A stretch of DNA of 64,000 nt. Origin: the human T2T-CHM13v2.0 reference genome, Homo sapiens. The stretch lies in the NCBI RefSeq assembly GCF_009914755.1, contig NC_060939.1; one strand, written 5' to 3'. The position numbers were made by a program, and so were the translations under genes. Every line of letters starts with the position of its first letter. Position 1 is the first letter of the stretch. Positions 29,957 to 43,760 of the stretch are shown here, one piece after another. The notes under the pieces were generated by a model. That model was given only the letters and a program-made list of their open reading frames with translations. It had not been told where the DNA came from and ran no database searches.

Positions 29957-30733
29957 GGGTTATGACCGATTCAATTCTAGCATTATGACCGATTCAGGAA
30001 TTCTTAGCGTGAGCAAATCAAAATTAATTAGAATTTGCTTAAAGAATAAAAACAAGGAAAAAATCCTTGCTTTGTAGTGTGCAGGATAAGCCAAACTTGT
30101 TTCTGAGTTGTTAGAATTGTGGGTGTCCTTACGGTTTTTTGTGTAAGAAGTCTAAAAGTTTATCTGTAGAAACCTAATAAAGTACAAACATTTGAATACT
30201 GGTTTTATTTTTAAATGTTAAATAATCATTTGTTTCAGCATTGTTTATATAGAAAAAAAAAAACAGATACTGGGTGGAATTTGTTAAAGCATATCCATAA
30301 AATAAACTACCACAGAGTCATTAAAAAGATTGTGAATAGGTTTATGTATACTAACTTGGAAAGATGTCCCTGAAAGTTGAAGAGAGATTATAAAACAACA
30401 TACGTAGAAGGATTCCATCTTTGTAGAAATGTGTGTTCATGGAAGAAAAGTCTTAAGTACATATGATTTTGCATAATCTTTTTTTCAGTCAGACTAAACG
30501 GTAAGCAGTTTTTCAACTCATTAAAGAATCTTCTCAGTTGATGGCTGTAATTATCTGTTAAGGGCATAAGATACTCAGCTGCAGTAGTGTAATATTTACT
30601 ATATAGCTTAGTTGTTCCATGTTTTAAGAGCAAAATTTCTAGCTTTCGTTGGCTATTTAGTGTATACATTTATACCATAGTAATAGTTATATGATGAAAT
30701 GAAGAGTAGCTAACATGCTCTATATCTTAACAG

Positions 30734-30794
30734 GGATTTATTCAGTGGAACTCATAAATGACAGTTTATATGACTGGCATGTTAAACTGCAGAA
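30734..30794 (+). CDS. UBE2Q2: UBE2Q2 coding exon 7 ([21 protein letters not shown])
   Basis: ttaacag| ... |gtaagt, 61 nt, phase 1-2 consistent with neighbours. Confidence 0.95.
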
Positions 30795-31111
30795 GTAAGT
30801 GGCTTTTTAATGCTCACCCACTCTTTGCAATGGTAGACTATCACAGTGGAGGTTATTTTCCTTCTAACTTGATACCTTTATACTATGGCTTTTACTTAGA
30901 ACTTTAGACTTTGTTTCTATAGAAATAGTTCTTAGATTGTTTAAATGAGCTGTTGCTGAGGTCTAATAAGAAAGTGAGAAAGAGGAAGGACAGAAAGAGG
31001 GACCAGCTGCGGGATAAAGTGTTTTATGGAGTTAGAGCAGGGGAACTTAAAAACAAAAGTGTATTTAATAACTTCATGAGACTGTGATAACCAGTTTATA
31101 TTTGAAATATA

Positions 31112-31398
31112 TACAGCACTTTGGGAGACTGAGGTGAGAGGATCTCTTGAGCCCAGGAGTTTGAGACCAGCCTGGGCAACATAGCAAGACTTCATCTCTA
31201 CCAAAAAAAAAAAAATTAGCCAGGCATGGTGGAGTACACCTGTAGTCCCAGCTACTGGGGGTGGTGGGAGGCTGAGGCAGGAAGATCTTGCACTCCAGAC
31301 ATCAAGGCTGCAGTGAGTCACGATCGTATCACTATATTCCAGCCTGGGCAACAGAATGAGGCACCCGGTCTCTTAAAAAAAAAAAAAAAAAAAAAAAA
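31112..31398 (+). mobile_element. AluJ (5' truncated)
   Basis: cagcactttggga... A-tail. Confidence 0.85.
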
Positions 31399-31868
31399 GT
31401 TGGGGGGAGGTGGGATTCAAATTAGACCTGTATATATAGGACAGTTGTAGACAAATACAGGTTTTTTTAGTGATTTAAGTTTTCATAGTTCTGACCATGG
31501 CAAACTTTTCTCCTTGAACCCTTTGGCTAATAATGTAAGTTTAATATGCTTTCCTAAACTTTTTTTGAGTTCTTGAGAAAATTATATACATGTGACTATT
31601 TTCCTTTAGAGTGACTGCAAACTCTGAACTCCCTTACTAGATTAGATTTAGAGTATTATGGTCTCTTTTGGACATTTATTCCCAAGGAGCTGGAACCTAT
31701 GGTGACCTCTATTTTTCCTGGTGATACAGAGCAGCTTTAGACCTTCTCTTTCTGGAACTTGCCCTAGGTGCTCTATTTTAGCTGTCATACTAGTTCATTT
31801 TTGAGTTTAGTTAAAAAAAAAAATCTCTAACTTTTTATTTGAACTGTTTTTTGTTTTGTAATTCTTAG

Positions 31869-31959
31869 GGTTGACCCTGATAGTCCTTTGCACAGTGATC
31901 TTCAGATCTTAAAAGAAAAAGAAGGCATAGAATATATTTTGCTTAACTTCTCTTTTAAG
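31869..31959 (+). CDS. UBE2Q2: UBE2Q2 coding exon 8 ([30 protein letters not shown])
   Basis: ttcttag| ... |gtaaga, 91 nt, phase 2-0. Confidence 0.95.
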
Positions 31960-32873
31960 GTAAGAAAATAGTTACAGGACCCCATATACTTCCAGTGGGG
32001 TGCGTATATTTGTACAAGTGCTTTGGAAAACAATTTGGTAAAGTAGAAGATACTCATACCCTATGGTTCAGGAATCTCGTAGACATATTCTCCGTTAAGA
32101 CGTGAGTACTTAGGCGTACCAGGAGACACAGGAATGTTCAGAGCAGCATCGTTTATAATAGCACCAAATAGAAAACCCAAGTGTTCATTCCAATAAAATG
32201 GAGAATTGTGGTGTTTATAAAGTGGTTTACAGCTATATGGGACAAGATGGGTGGATCTTGAACACAGTTGTAAAAGAGACTGGACTCCAAAACCTATTTT
32301 GTACAATTCCCTTTATATACAGTTCAAAAATAGGTAAAACTAATGTTGATTAGGGCATGCATTCTTAGTGGAGGCAATATCACCTGCAGTGTAGTGAAAA
32401 CTGATCTTTAGAGTGAAAACAATCTTAGCTATTAAAATGGTCTGCTGCCCTCCAAAGGGCCACAGAACATAAACAGATATACGATTTATCTATGGTGTTA
32501 AAATTCCATGGAGCAGGGGGGTAAAACTAGGAAGAAAACTTCTAAAAAGGCTTCTTAGGGGGGCAAAAATGAAAAGAAAACTGAGAAACACTTATTTATG
32601 GATTCATACGTGAGCAGTAAAACTGCCCAAAGAGGAAAACTGTCCAAGAACAAAGAGGTGATTACATACAGGTTAGGGTAAGGAGTCCATCTAGGTGGGA
32701 GGTAGGGAGGTGTGAACTGAAAGGTATATCTGCGCAGGCTTCTTGGATACTGGCTGGAATATATTTCTGGGCCAGGTTGATGGTTACATGAGCACATAAT
32801 TTACAATAGCTTCTTAAGGTATATCTCTATATTTTATGTACTTTTCTGAATTTATGTGTTATATTTAATAAGG

Positions 32874-33184
32874 TTTTTTTTTGTTTGTTTGTTTGTTTTT
32901 TGAGACAGAGTCTTGCTCTGTTGCCCAGGCTGGAGTTCAGTGGCACAGTTTTGGCTCACTGCAACCTCTGCCTCCTAGGTTCAAGTGATTCTCCTGCCTC
33001 AGCCTCCTGAGTAGCTGGGATTACAGGTGCATGTCACCATGCCCGGCTAATTTTTTTATTTTTAGTAGAGACGGGGTTTCACCATGTTTGCCAGGTTGGT
33101 CTTGAATTCCTAACCTCAGGTGATCTGCCTGCCTCGGCCTCCCAAAGTGCTGGGATTATAGGTGTGAGCCACCACACCTGGCCT
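32874..33184 (-). mobile_element. AluS
   Basis: Dimeric Alu. Confidence 0.9.
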
Positions 33185-33255
33185 AATAAGTATTTTAAAG
33201 ATGCTAAAAATAATGGTTAAAGAATAGCAATGGAATCTAGAAAAAATGTTAATGA

Positions 33256-33552
33256 TTTTTTTTTTTTTTTGAGACAGAATCTTGCTCTGTTGCCCAGGCT
33301 GGAGTGCAGTGGCCCAGGCTGGCGTGTGGTGGCGCAATCTTGGCTCACTGCAACCTCTGCCTCCCGGGTTTAAGCAGTTCTCTGCCCCAGCCCCCCGAGT
33401 AGCTGGGATTATAGGCATGTGCCACTATGTCCGCATAATTTTTGTATTTTTAGTAGAGATGGGGTTTCACCATCTTGGCCAGGCTGGTTTTGAACTCCTG
33501 ACCTCATGGTACACTTCCCTTGGCCTTCCAAAGTGCTGGGATTACAGGCATG
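33256..33552 (-). mobile_element. AluS with internal ~20-bp tandem duplication
   Basis: gcccaggctggagtgcagtg-gcccaggctggcgtgtggtg. Confidence 0.88.
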
Positions 33553-36136
33553 ATTTAATATGGATCTGGATGAGATGTAATGGTTTAAAATCTGTGGATA
33601 TATGAGATATTTTGATGGAAAAAGCAATACTTCCTTTGTACTTACAAAAAAGGTAGTAATTTTCTAAAAGCTTCTTACGTAGCTTTTTTATGTGTGTGTT
33701 TTTGCTTGGGGATATATCTTATGATTGAACTTTCTTGAAGTGACCCAAATGTCAGTATTATCTCTCACTTTTGTTATTATAGAAACTGTTGTGGTTGTCA
33801 ACTGGGTTGTCTTCCTAAAATATGAGTCTGGTATATATTGACTGAAGTTGCTAATGGCTACATTTTTACTAATTCATATGGGGGAACGAATAAAGCACCC
33901 AGGCCAAAAACAAAAAACAAAACACACAAAAAAGGAAGGTATCTTTCTTTTTAAAAAATTAAATTATATGTCCTTATGCCTAACACCAAACTTAAGAAAT
34001 AGAACCTTTTTTTTTTTTATCCGTCCCTGTAGCCCCCTGTGTGCCCCTCCCTTGTCACTTCCTCTTTGAGAGGTATCTTTACGGGAATATGAAATATTGG
34101 CCAGGAAACTGGAGGATTTGTGACTATAGGTAGTGTTTTCATTATTTTTTCCTGCTCTAGGTAGAACTTCAGGGAGGGGACGATCTGGGAGGTAAATGGC
34201 TGAATTTCTATTGGATTTGTGTTTCTGGACCATGGCTCCTGATACCACAAAGAAGGGCCTTTTCTGGGGTTGGAGTATTTCTTGAGAGGCCTAGGAAGAA
34301 TGTGATTGCCTTGAGCTAACTGACCTTATGAAGAGGACCTTAAACTGAATTGCCAAGTTATTAGTATCGGGATTCACAGACTTTGGAGGATAGCAGGTAT
34401 GACTCAGAAAGATTTGCAGGAAAGAGCCAGAACAGTATATATTTATGGCCTCTGATGTCCACGGTGACAACTTGAATAATAAGAAAAATGGAACTTGAGA
34501 TAAAGCATAACACAAAGATGGGAGTTGGGGCAGGAGGGAATGTGACCTTGTTGGTAAATCCAACTTGCTATATTTTTAAGGAAGTCACTTTTTGGTGTTT
34601 CGGGCAGCATCTGAATTACTGAATTGAATTCTGAGGTAGTACTTTAAGAAGGGTCTATTTAGATAAACTTAGGTTCATTTAGAGAATAATAGCCAGGATT
34701 GGGAAGAGATTGATTGTATTCCGTGTCCTAGGATAGCTGGTGAAATTGTGGATTTGGAGAGGAGAACATGAGGGTTGATGTTATCTTGTCTTCAGCTATT
34801 TGAAGGACTGTGTATATGGAAGCATTAGTTTTTATTTGCTTTTGGTGAATGCAGGGCATGAAACTAGTAAGTCAAATTACAAAGAGGTGATTTTCAACTC
34901 AATGTGAGGAAGCGATTTGTAACTATTTAGAGCCATTTGGTGATGTAGTCTTTAAAATGTTCCTCTTCCTTAATAACTTAGATGGCTAAGATGTTAAGAT
35001 CTCAGATAACTTTCTGAGATCCTTTATAGAGTCTGAGAGTCTGTTTCTGAGTTAATATGTACTAAGGTAACTGAAACTTCATTTTAACAGTCATCCTCAA
35101 CCTTTTTTTCCTCCCTGAGGAACTTTTTATTTCTGTAAAATCTGGATTCCTGAGTTCCAGGGTATAGACTTTATGGAATAGAGCCCGCAGATTTTGATGT
35201 AGAAGAGTTATTCTGAACTGTTTAAAATGAATTAAATCATACATAATGAAGAGGTTTTGTAGTCACTCATTAGGGATTCACATGTTTAAAGATCTAAATA
35301 ATAGGAGGTTAAATGAAATTGTACTTTACCAAGCTTACATCAACCTCTATACCTTTCATTATGTCTGTTAAATATAGATGAAAGGTGAGCTACTTTATTT
35401 GAAAGTAGATTATAATAACTGTTGTTAAGTTGGTATCTTGTGTCATTAAGTTGGTATCTTGTGGATAATCTTACATTTCTATTGCAAGTTAGAAAATGCA
35501 AATCAAAATTAATTAGAATTTGCTTAAAAAATGAGATGATTAAAGCTGGCTGTCATTCCCTGTCAGGGCAATTTGCAGTTTGTTCTTCAGGGTCCCAACC
35601 TAAGGAGCGGGAGACTTAGCAGGGCCTGTCCTCGGTGGACGCTGAGCTCCAGTATTTATCTCCCTGTGAGCTCTGTGAGTCTGTGAGTTCTAGCTCAGCT
35701 TGTGAACCTCTTCTTTTTCTCTTCTGTAATTGGAAGAAAACCTAAGGGGGAAAAAAAGATCCTGCTCTCTGGTGTTCCCTTTTCTTAGCCTTGAAATTAT
35801 TATGTTTTGTTCACCTTTCTAGTTCTCAGTCAGAAGATTTATCTAAGTTACCTAGTCTATCATTATTGGAATGGTTCCTTTATATAGTTCTAGTGAAGTG
35901 GAACCCCTTCATGTGTTTCATCAGTTTACCATAATGCTGTTCTGTTTGGGCCTGATTTTAACTTCATTTTTATTTGCTTTGGTTTTCATTTTGGTTTTGG
36001 GTACTAATTTTATGACTCTTACCCATTATCTGATAATAAATGTACACATTCTTTATAGTATCTTTTAAAATCTTCTAAATAGTATAACACTAAGGATGTT
36101 CTTTAAATTAATTAAACTTGCTTATTTGCTTTTTAG

Positions 36137-36195
36137 GATAACTTTCCATTTGATCCTCCATTTGTTCGAGTGGTGTTACCTGTTCTCTCAGGAGG
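36137..36195 (+). CDS. UBE2Q2: UBE2Q2 coding exon 9 (DNFPFDPPFVRVVLPVLSG-G)
   Basis: ttttag| ... |gtaagt, 59 nt, phase 0-2; E2 FPFxPP motif. Confidence 0.96.
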
Positions 36196-36238
36196 GTAAG
36201 TTTAAGTGACTACTTAAAAAGAAATTTTTTTCAGTTAA

Positions 36239-36542
<304 letters not shown>

Positions 36543-37414
36543 AGTTGTAAAGCATTACGTTGTTGATAGGTAAAGTTTTTAATGATTCATACACACATGT
36601 ATTTATACATATACACACACACACGTATATATACGCACATACTTTTTACCATAAAAAAGCTAATGTTTTCAAATGTAAATTGTGATTGAGGGTTTAGAGA
36701 ATGTTACGATTAGAGAATGGTCCCCACGTGCCTGTGATCCTAATTGGTACTTTTAGGGATAATCATGGGAAAATCTCATGGACCTATGGAACTGGCTAAT
36801 TACTCCTAGAGGTAATACTTGCAGTTTATTAGGGTCAAATGGTAATTGTATTGCTTCTTTTTATGGTTGGAAGTCTTACAGAAGGTGGGGAAAAGATCAC
36901 AATTTGTTAGGTTAGTTATGAAATGTTCAGTAGGCCCTCAAAGTATGAGCAGTTTAACTTGAGAATGTTCCAACACTCGGGTGACTAATTCTATTATGTG
37001 ACATAATCTACATTATGGTGGTTAAAATCTAAATATATCCAGCCTTTCCTTTGATCATTTCTATGGTTGAGATAGTAATAGTTGCATTTAGGGTAAAAAT
37101 ATGAGTGACTGCTTCAGACTTCAGAACTTTCTCCAGAAGAGCTTTGTTCCTACAGTTATTTTTAGTTATATTTGCTTTACATGCTTATATATGTGTTTTG
37201 GGGGCTAAAATCCTGTTAAGAATCATTTCTGTGTAGTCAGAATACATACTAACTTTGGTGTTGATACTACAGAATAGTTATTTGGGCATGGTGTCCATCT
37301 GTAAAGCTCAGAGAAACAAAAAGTGTGTGTTTGTTTGTTTTTTTAACCTTTCGTATTACATATGGATATGCTGAGCTCATTTTGAGTTCTGCCACATGGT
37401 AAAGCAATATAATT

Positions 37415-37709
37415 TATTTTTACTTATTTATTTATTGAGATAGGTTCTCGCTTTGTTGCTCAGGCTTGGAGTGCAGTGGTGCTGTCATGGCTCACTGCAA
37501 TCTCTGCCTCCTGGGCTCAAGATATCTTCCCACCTCAGCCTCCTGAGTAGCTGGGATGCCACCATGCCCAGCTAATTTTTGTATTTTTGGTAGAGATGGT
37601 GTTTTGCCATATTGCTCAGGCTGGTCTTGAACTCCTGGGCTGAAGCCATCTTACCCGCCTCAGCCTTGCAAAGTACTGGGATTACAAGTCTAAGCCACTG
37701 TGCCTGGCC
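37415..37709 (-). mobile_element. AluJ
   Basis: Dimeric Alu. Confidence 0.87.
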
Positions 37710-37880
37710 CAATATTGTTTTTCAAAATTATTTTATTATTTTTTGTCCTTTTTTGTTTTTAAATATTTCTTAATTTTATTTTTTTCAGTATTGTTTCTTA
37801 AGAGTTTACTTACCTGACACCTGCAACCTAATCTTTGCCATAGCTCTCAAAATGTTCTGTAAGCACTAATAGTAGTGGGG

Positions 37881-38172
37881 TTTTTTTTTATTTGTTTTTT
37901 GAGACGGGGTCTCACTGTCACCAGGCTGAAATGCAGTGGCGTGATCTCAGCTCACTACAACCTCTGCCTTCCTGGGTTCAAACAATTCTCCTGCCTTAGC
38001 CTCCCGAGTAAGGACTACAGGCGTGCGCCACCATGTCCAGCTAATTTTTGTGTTTTTAGTGGAGATGGGGTTTCACCATGTTGGCCAGGATGGTCTCTAT
38101 CTCTTGACCTCGTGATCCGCCTGCCTCAGCCTCCCAAAGTGCTGGGATTACACGCATGAGCTACCGCACCCC
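37881..38172 (-). mobile_element. AluS (Sc-like)
   Basis: Dimeric Alu. Confidence 0.88.
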
Positions 38173-38864
38173 ACCTAGTGGTTTGTTAATAGATGTTTGT
38201 TTTGAGGGGACTGCAAGGTTTTGGGAAACCAGGTTCAGAATATCTTTTACCAAAGGACTTCTTGGAGGCTTAATGCTGTTTTCTATTTTTCCCAAATTTG
38301 TTTAATAATTTACACGATAGCATCTCAGAGGACGGTGTCCTCTGGCTTACTCTCTGGGAAAGGCTGTTCTTTTGGAAATCTGGAGTTCTGAGTGATTCCC
38401 ATGTGTTTTCTGCTGCAGAGCAGGAAATGCTGAAGGATTCCTTCGTGAGCAGATGTTAGAGGTTTCCTTTTGACAGGTTGTTACAAAGTTGATCACAAAT
38501 ATACTATCACAGTGAGTGGAAATCCCAGGTTGGGTGTGAAATAGTTGTTTAGAATTGTGTACAGTTTTCTTTTGTTACCTTTAAAGCTTCCGTAGACTGT
38601 TTTTGGATCAGGCAGTAAAATTGCTATAAAAAGTACTTCTTTTGTCATAAAACCTCATGATCAGTTTTGGAAGTGGAATGTTAGGTAACCCAGCCAAATA
38701 TTTACATATACAAAATAAACACAAGACTGAAAAATAGTAAATTTTTAACCTTTCTCTTGCTCACCACCGGTCTTTTACTAGCCACCAAGTCATAGTTCTT
38801 ACGTTTTTCATAGTTTAATGTTAAAATATCTTTAACGAAGCCTTTACTGATTGGGGAGAAATGA

Positions 38865-39173
<309 letters not shown>

Positions 39174-39363
39174 AACTATTGTGCTTTAGTTTTATGTGCT
39201 TGTTTATAAAATTGTGATGTTTACTCAGTATTCCCATAAGCATGGGAAAAGGAAGACAGGTCATTTTTTGTTCAAAATCTTATTTGAGAGAAAAAAAAGA
39301 TCAAGGAAAAGATTTGGAAGAAATTTGCAAATTCAGAATAAATATATAAAAACATTTTTATCA

Positions 39364-39622
39364 GCCAGATGTGGTTGCTCACGCCTGTAATCCCAGCACT
39401 TTCGGAGGCCAAGGCAGGTGGATCATCTGAGTCAGGAGTTTGAGACCAGCCTGGCCAACATGGCAAAACCCCGTCTCTACTAAAAATACAAAAATTAGCT
39501 GGGCGTGGTGGTGGGTGCCTGTAATCCCAGCTCATCGGGAAGCTGAGGCAGGAGAATCGCTTGAACCCAGGAGGTGGAGGTTGCAGTCCAGCCTGGGCAA
39601 TAGGGCGAGAGTCCGTCTCAAA
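39364..39622 (+). mobile_element. AluS with right-arm deletion
   Basis: ttgcagt joins directly to ccagcctggg. Confidence 0.88.
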
Positions 39623-40829
39623 TTTTTTTTTTTTTTAATCAGAACATTTTAAAATGTGATTATAAAATTGGCCAGTATAGCTTTTCAACATTTTATTGTA
39701 AGAATTCTAAGAATTTAAGTTCATGACCTTAGTTTACCACCTAGAATAGAGACAAATATTTTATGCATAATGCCATTTTCAGTTTTAAAATCTGTTACGT
39801 AGTTTCTTAATTGATTCTTTTTTGCCACAGTGTTATTGTTCTCATTATTCAAATGAGTAATTTGAATAAGTCAGCTTGTGACCTACTCAAATAAATTTTC
39901 TGATTCCTAATAAAGTGTCTTTCATTATACCAAAGCCAGCTATATAAGAGGGGATTAAAAGTACTAAGTACTCCATTGATTATCAAATGCTAACCATGGA
40001 CTTAATTTATCAGAGGTTTAAAGCAGCAAAGAGTTGCTGTGGCAATAGTGACCTGAAGACTTCATGAAGTAGGTGAGATCCCAGCTGGGCAGTGAAATGT
40101 GAGTGTCGGGTTTGGTCAGCTGGTGGAGGTTGAAGGAAAATGATTTACATAGGTGAAAAGTAAACACAATCAGTTATCTAGGAAAGAGAATGAGATACTC
40201 AGAGTATACCAGACCAGTTTGAGCTATAACACAAGGAGGGTAGGACTCATGTAGAAGAGTTTTAGGAAATAGTGCTGATGTAATATCTTGTACTTAAACA
40301 GGTCTGTGGACTGGCCACAGATCTTTTTTTTTTTTTTTTCCCCTCTGCTAAGTAGACTATCACCCTGGCTATTCATCTTTCTGTATAACTGGTTGAGAAA
40401 CAGGGGAGTGACAGTAAAGAAACTATTGTAAAGTAAATCTGGTGACAGCAGAAGAGAATATGAGACACATTGTGCTCACAGAGCCTAGAAGAGTGTGACA
40501 GTAGTTGAGGGCCACGCTGTTGTCTTAGAGTGAAGTGAGGAGAACCTACATTGGTTTGGTAGTCATGGGAGTGGAAGGAGGAATGAAATGTGAAAGCTCA
40601 TTGGAGGCAAAATCAAAATGGCTTGCTCTTCATAGTCAACTATTAAGTGAGGAGGAGGAATTATTTGCTGACTTGGGAAGAAGTAAAAGCTTGCCATCTC
40701 AATCAGGGTAAAGCTTAAGCATTGTGTGATTCTAGATAGATTATTGAGCAGTTTTGTTCTATGTATTTCATATCCCATATCTTCTAGTTATGACCCTACT
40801 TCTTTATTTCTTGCCATAGCCAAACATTT

Positions 40830-41130
40830 TTTAAATTAACAGCTTTATTGTGATACAGTTTATATATGATAAAACGCTTCGAAGTGTACAATTTGGTGGT
40901 TGTTAGTATATTCACAGAGTTGTGCAGTCATTACTACTACCTAATTTCAGAACATTTTCATAACTTCAAAAAGAAACCCCGTACTGATTAGCAGTCACTC
41001 CCTGTACCCGTTTCCCCCACCATTGATCCTGGCAACCTCTCATCTAATTTTTATCTCTGTAGATTTGCCTATCTTGGACATTTCATATAAATAGAATCAT
41101 ATAAAATGTGGCTTTTTGTGACTGGTGTTT
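40830..41130 (-). mobile_element. Old L1 (L1MB-like) 3' fragment
   Basis: aacagctttattgtgata...tatattcacagagttgtgcagtcatt...ggacatttcatataaatagaatcat. Confidence 0.65.
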
Positions 41131-43180
41131 TTTACAGTGATTTTTAAATCAAATATCTGAAGAGGCTAAGCTTAGGATAGTGTTTGCTGTACAACTTTGG
41201 CAACTGAACTTTTTTAAAGTTGAAAATACAGTATTACTGTGTCCATATATATGGCATGTTATCCTTAGATGACCCTTACTTAGATCATTAATGTTTTTTT
41301 CCTTAGTATTCTTGAACTGTCTCAGTATTCAGCAGGAACCCTTTGGAGGCAAAGAGCAGTAAGAATTTGGAACACTTGTTGACAAAATGAATGTAATTTA
41401 ATACAGAAGTAGAATCGGCCACTTTTAGGTGTCGATGCTGCTGAAAGTGTATATTAAGGAAAAGTTTAGTTATCTTACTTTTTGTATAGGTACTAGAACT
41501 ACTTGTCTTGTGTTCAACAAACATTTGTGTAGTTATTACGTACTTGTACAAATGCACTTTTTGACCTGAAAATCCAAAAACTCCCTTTCTTCCCCCCACC
41601 TCTTAAGACTCTGCATCCTCAAAGGAAGAGTGGGGTACCTTAAAGGAAAGGTGGTTGTGACTGGATAACAGGTAAAATGTCTACTGTAGACTTCCTTTTC
41701 CCGAAACAAGTTCCTGTCTACCATCAGCATTTCCAAAATTTGAAGATTGTGTTTGATGTTAACTCATCAACCGATTATTAAGCTTTCAGCAATTGTGGAA
41801 CCAAAATCTAAATGAGTACCTGGATCTTCTAATTCTGTTAAATCAGTGAGTGCACATTATATACAATACTCTTTTAGCCCAGTAGGAGAGTTAAAGAGTG
41901 GAAGATAGATTTCTATGTTTCAGAAATAGAATACACACAAAAAAATTTAATCCCATGAACCTTCGCCTGAATTTAAATTTTTGGAGAGTTTTTCTTTTAG
42001 ATTTTCTTTCACTTTTAGATTAATCTTTCACTTTGAAAGGTCCCAGGGTTTGGGCAAAGCAAGTGGGGAGAGACACTTGCTTGGATTCTCCAGGATGGGG
42101 GAGATGAAAAGGACTTCTTTCCCTTATTTTATTATTAAATATTGTCACTATAACAATTATTAATGTTAGTGGTCTACAGTAAAAGTTTTTAGATGCCTTG
42201 TCTGCAAAGTAATTTGGTTAGTTGACACAAAGATGCCTTTGGTTAACTGGAATGGAAGATGTGCAGGCTAGAGTGGTCTTGGCAAGTCTTCTGGGGGGAA
42301 ATACAGCATTTGGAAGGGTAGGAAGCAGTAGGAATCTCAAGCAAGGGAAAGGCATGGGCAGAGCCCCGGAGGACAGAACAATTTGTGGTGGACTTGGTGT
42401 CCACACAGACCTAATCAGTGGTCTTAGCTTTTGTGTTTTCAAAATTACCACAGTTTTTGTTCTAAAACTATCATTCCCTTGATTTTTTAAGGCATGATAT
42501 TTATGTATTTTGAAATTTAAAATAACATTGAAGGAGAAATGAAATTTTGTTTGAGAAAGATAAAGGTTAAAAATCGTTATCTAAGTAATGATTTTCTAAT
42601 GGGAGATTTGGTACATCCCCAGAAGTTATCTTTTGTTCAGAGAATAGTCTTCAGGCCTAGAAAGAGCTTAAGGGAGTCCCAGAGAGAAGCTCCATGGTCA
42701 GAACCATTTGATTCTCACAACAGAATGGGTAAAAACAATTTGAACCATAAAACCATACAGATCTTCATAGCATGGATAGGGTAAGGTCAGTGTCATTGTC
42801 AGGGGAAAAACTCATGGCTGTTACATGTTCAGATGTAAAGAACACGTGAACGCCATTTAAGGAAACTGATTCTTCTGCCCCTATTCTTTGGAATATTTAG
42901 GGCTAAGTTCTTAATTACTGATATCATACAAATCTGAAAGTATTATGTTCTAAGAACCATTAGAAAAAATTGACTAGAATTTCAGAGGGATTACATTAGC
43001 GTGATAACATTAGAATTTTTAAATTACCCATAGTCCTGTATCCCTAACAACTGTTGTCATGTTTGCATGTTATTTTCTCATCCTTACTTGTGTGCATATT
43101 TTCTTGGTAATGGCACTTAGAAATTGTTTAAGGAGGAATAATTCTCGAGAATTTTGTATGACTCCTTTTTTCTTTTTAAG

Positions 43181-43229
43181 GTATGTATTGGGTGGAGGAG
43201 CATTATGTATGGAACTTCTCACAAAACAG
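43181..43229 (+). CDS. UBE2Q2: UBE2Q2 coding exon 10 (YVLGGGALCMELLTKQ), catalytic cysteine TGT at 43206-43208
   Basis: tttttaag| ... |gtgact, 49 nt, phase 2-0; seen in ORF 43059..43286. Confidence 0.96.
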
Positions 43230-43664
43230 GTGACTTTTCTTACGATACTCCATTTTCACCCACAATTTAGTGTTTTGATCATGTAAATTAGATTGTAAGT
43301 AGAAAATTCTTTAATAGCTCCTACTCTTAAATTTTAGTTTATTTTTAAAATAGTGTCTACTTTCAAGAATGAAAAAGGTAAACCAATAAAATGACATTGT
43401 ACTTGGTGCTGAATCTATGCTAGGATAGGCATTAAGAGTGACCTTTATTTAAGGTTCTAATTTGCTCATGTTGGGCACTTAGAACATTGGTTTGTTGTTT
43501 TTTTTTGTGAGATTCTGGAAATGTTCCAATTTTACTTTTTCCCCTTGACTACAGTCTTTTTAACACTGATTTGCTGCTGTTGAGTTATATACCATTTTGT
43601 TAGGCCTTCCCAAGTGGGAATCAGAAATACTACTGTATTTTAGAGATACTTTGTTCTTCTGTAG

Positions 43665-43760
43665 GGCTGGAGCAGTGCCTACTCAATAGAATCGGTCATC
43701 ATGCAAATAAATGCCACCTTAGTCAAAGGCAAAGCCAGAGTGCAGTTTGGAGCAAATAAG
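43665..43760 (+). CDS. UBE2Q2: UBE2Q2 coding exon 11 ([32 protein letters not shown])
   Basis: ctgtag| ... |gtactt, 96 nt; E2 W-S-x-A motif. Confidence 0.96.

Noticed and set aside
40321-40360. Strong poly-T tract with tandem AG (ctaag/tag) as a cryptic acceptor
   Set aside because: No convincing downstream donor identified
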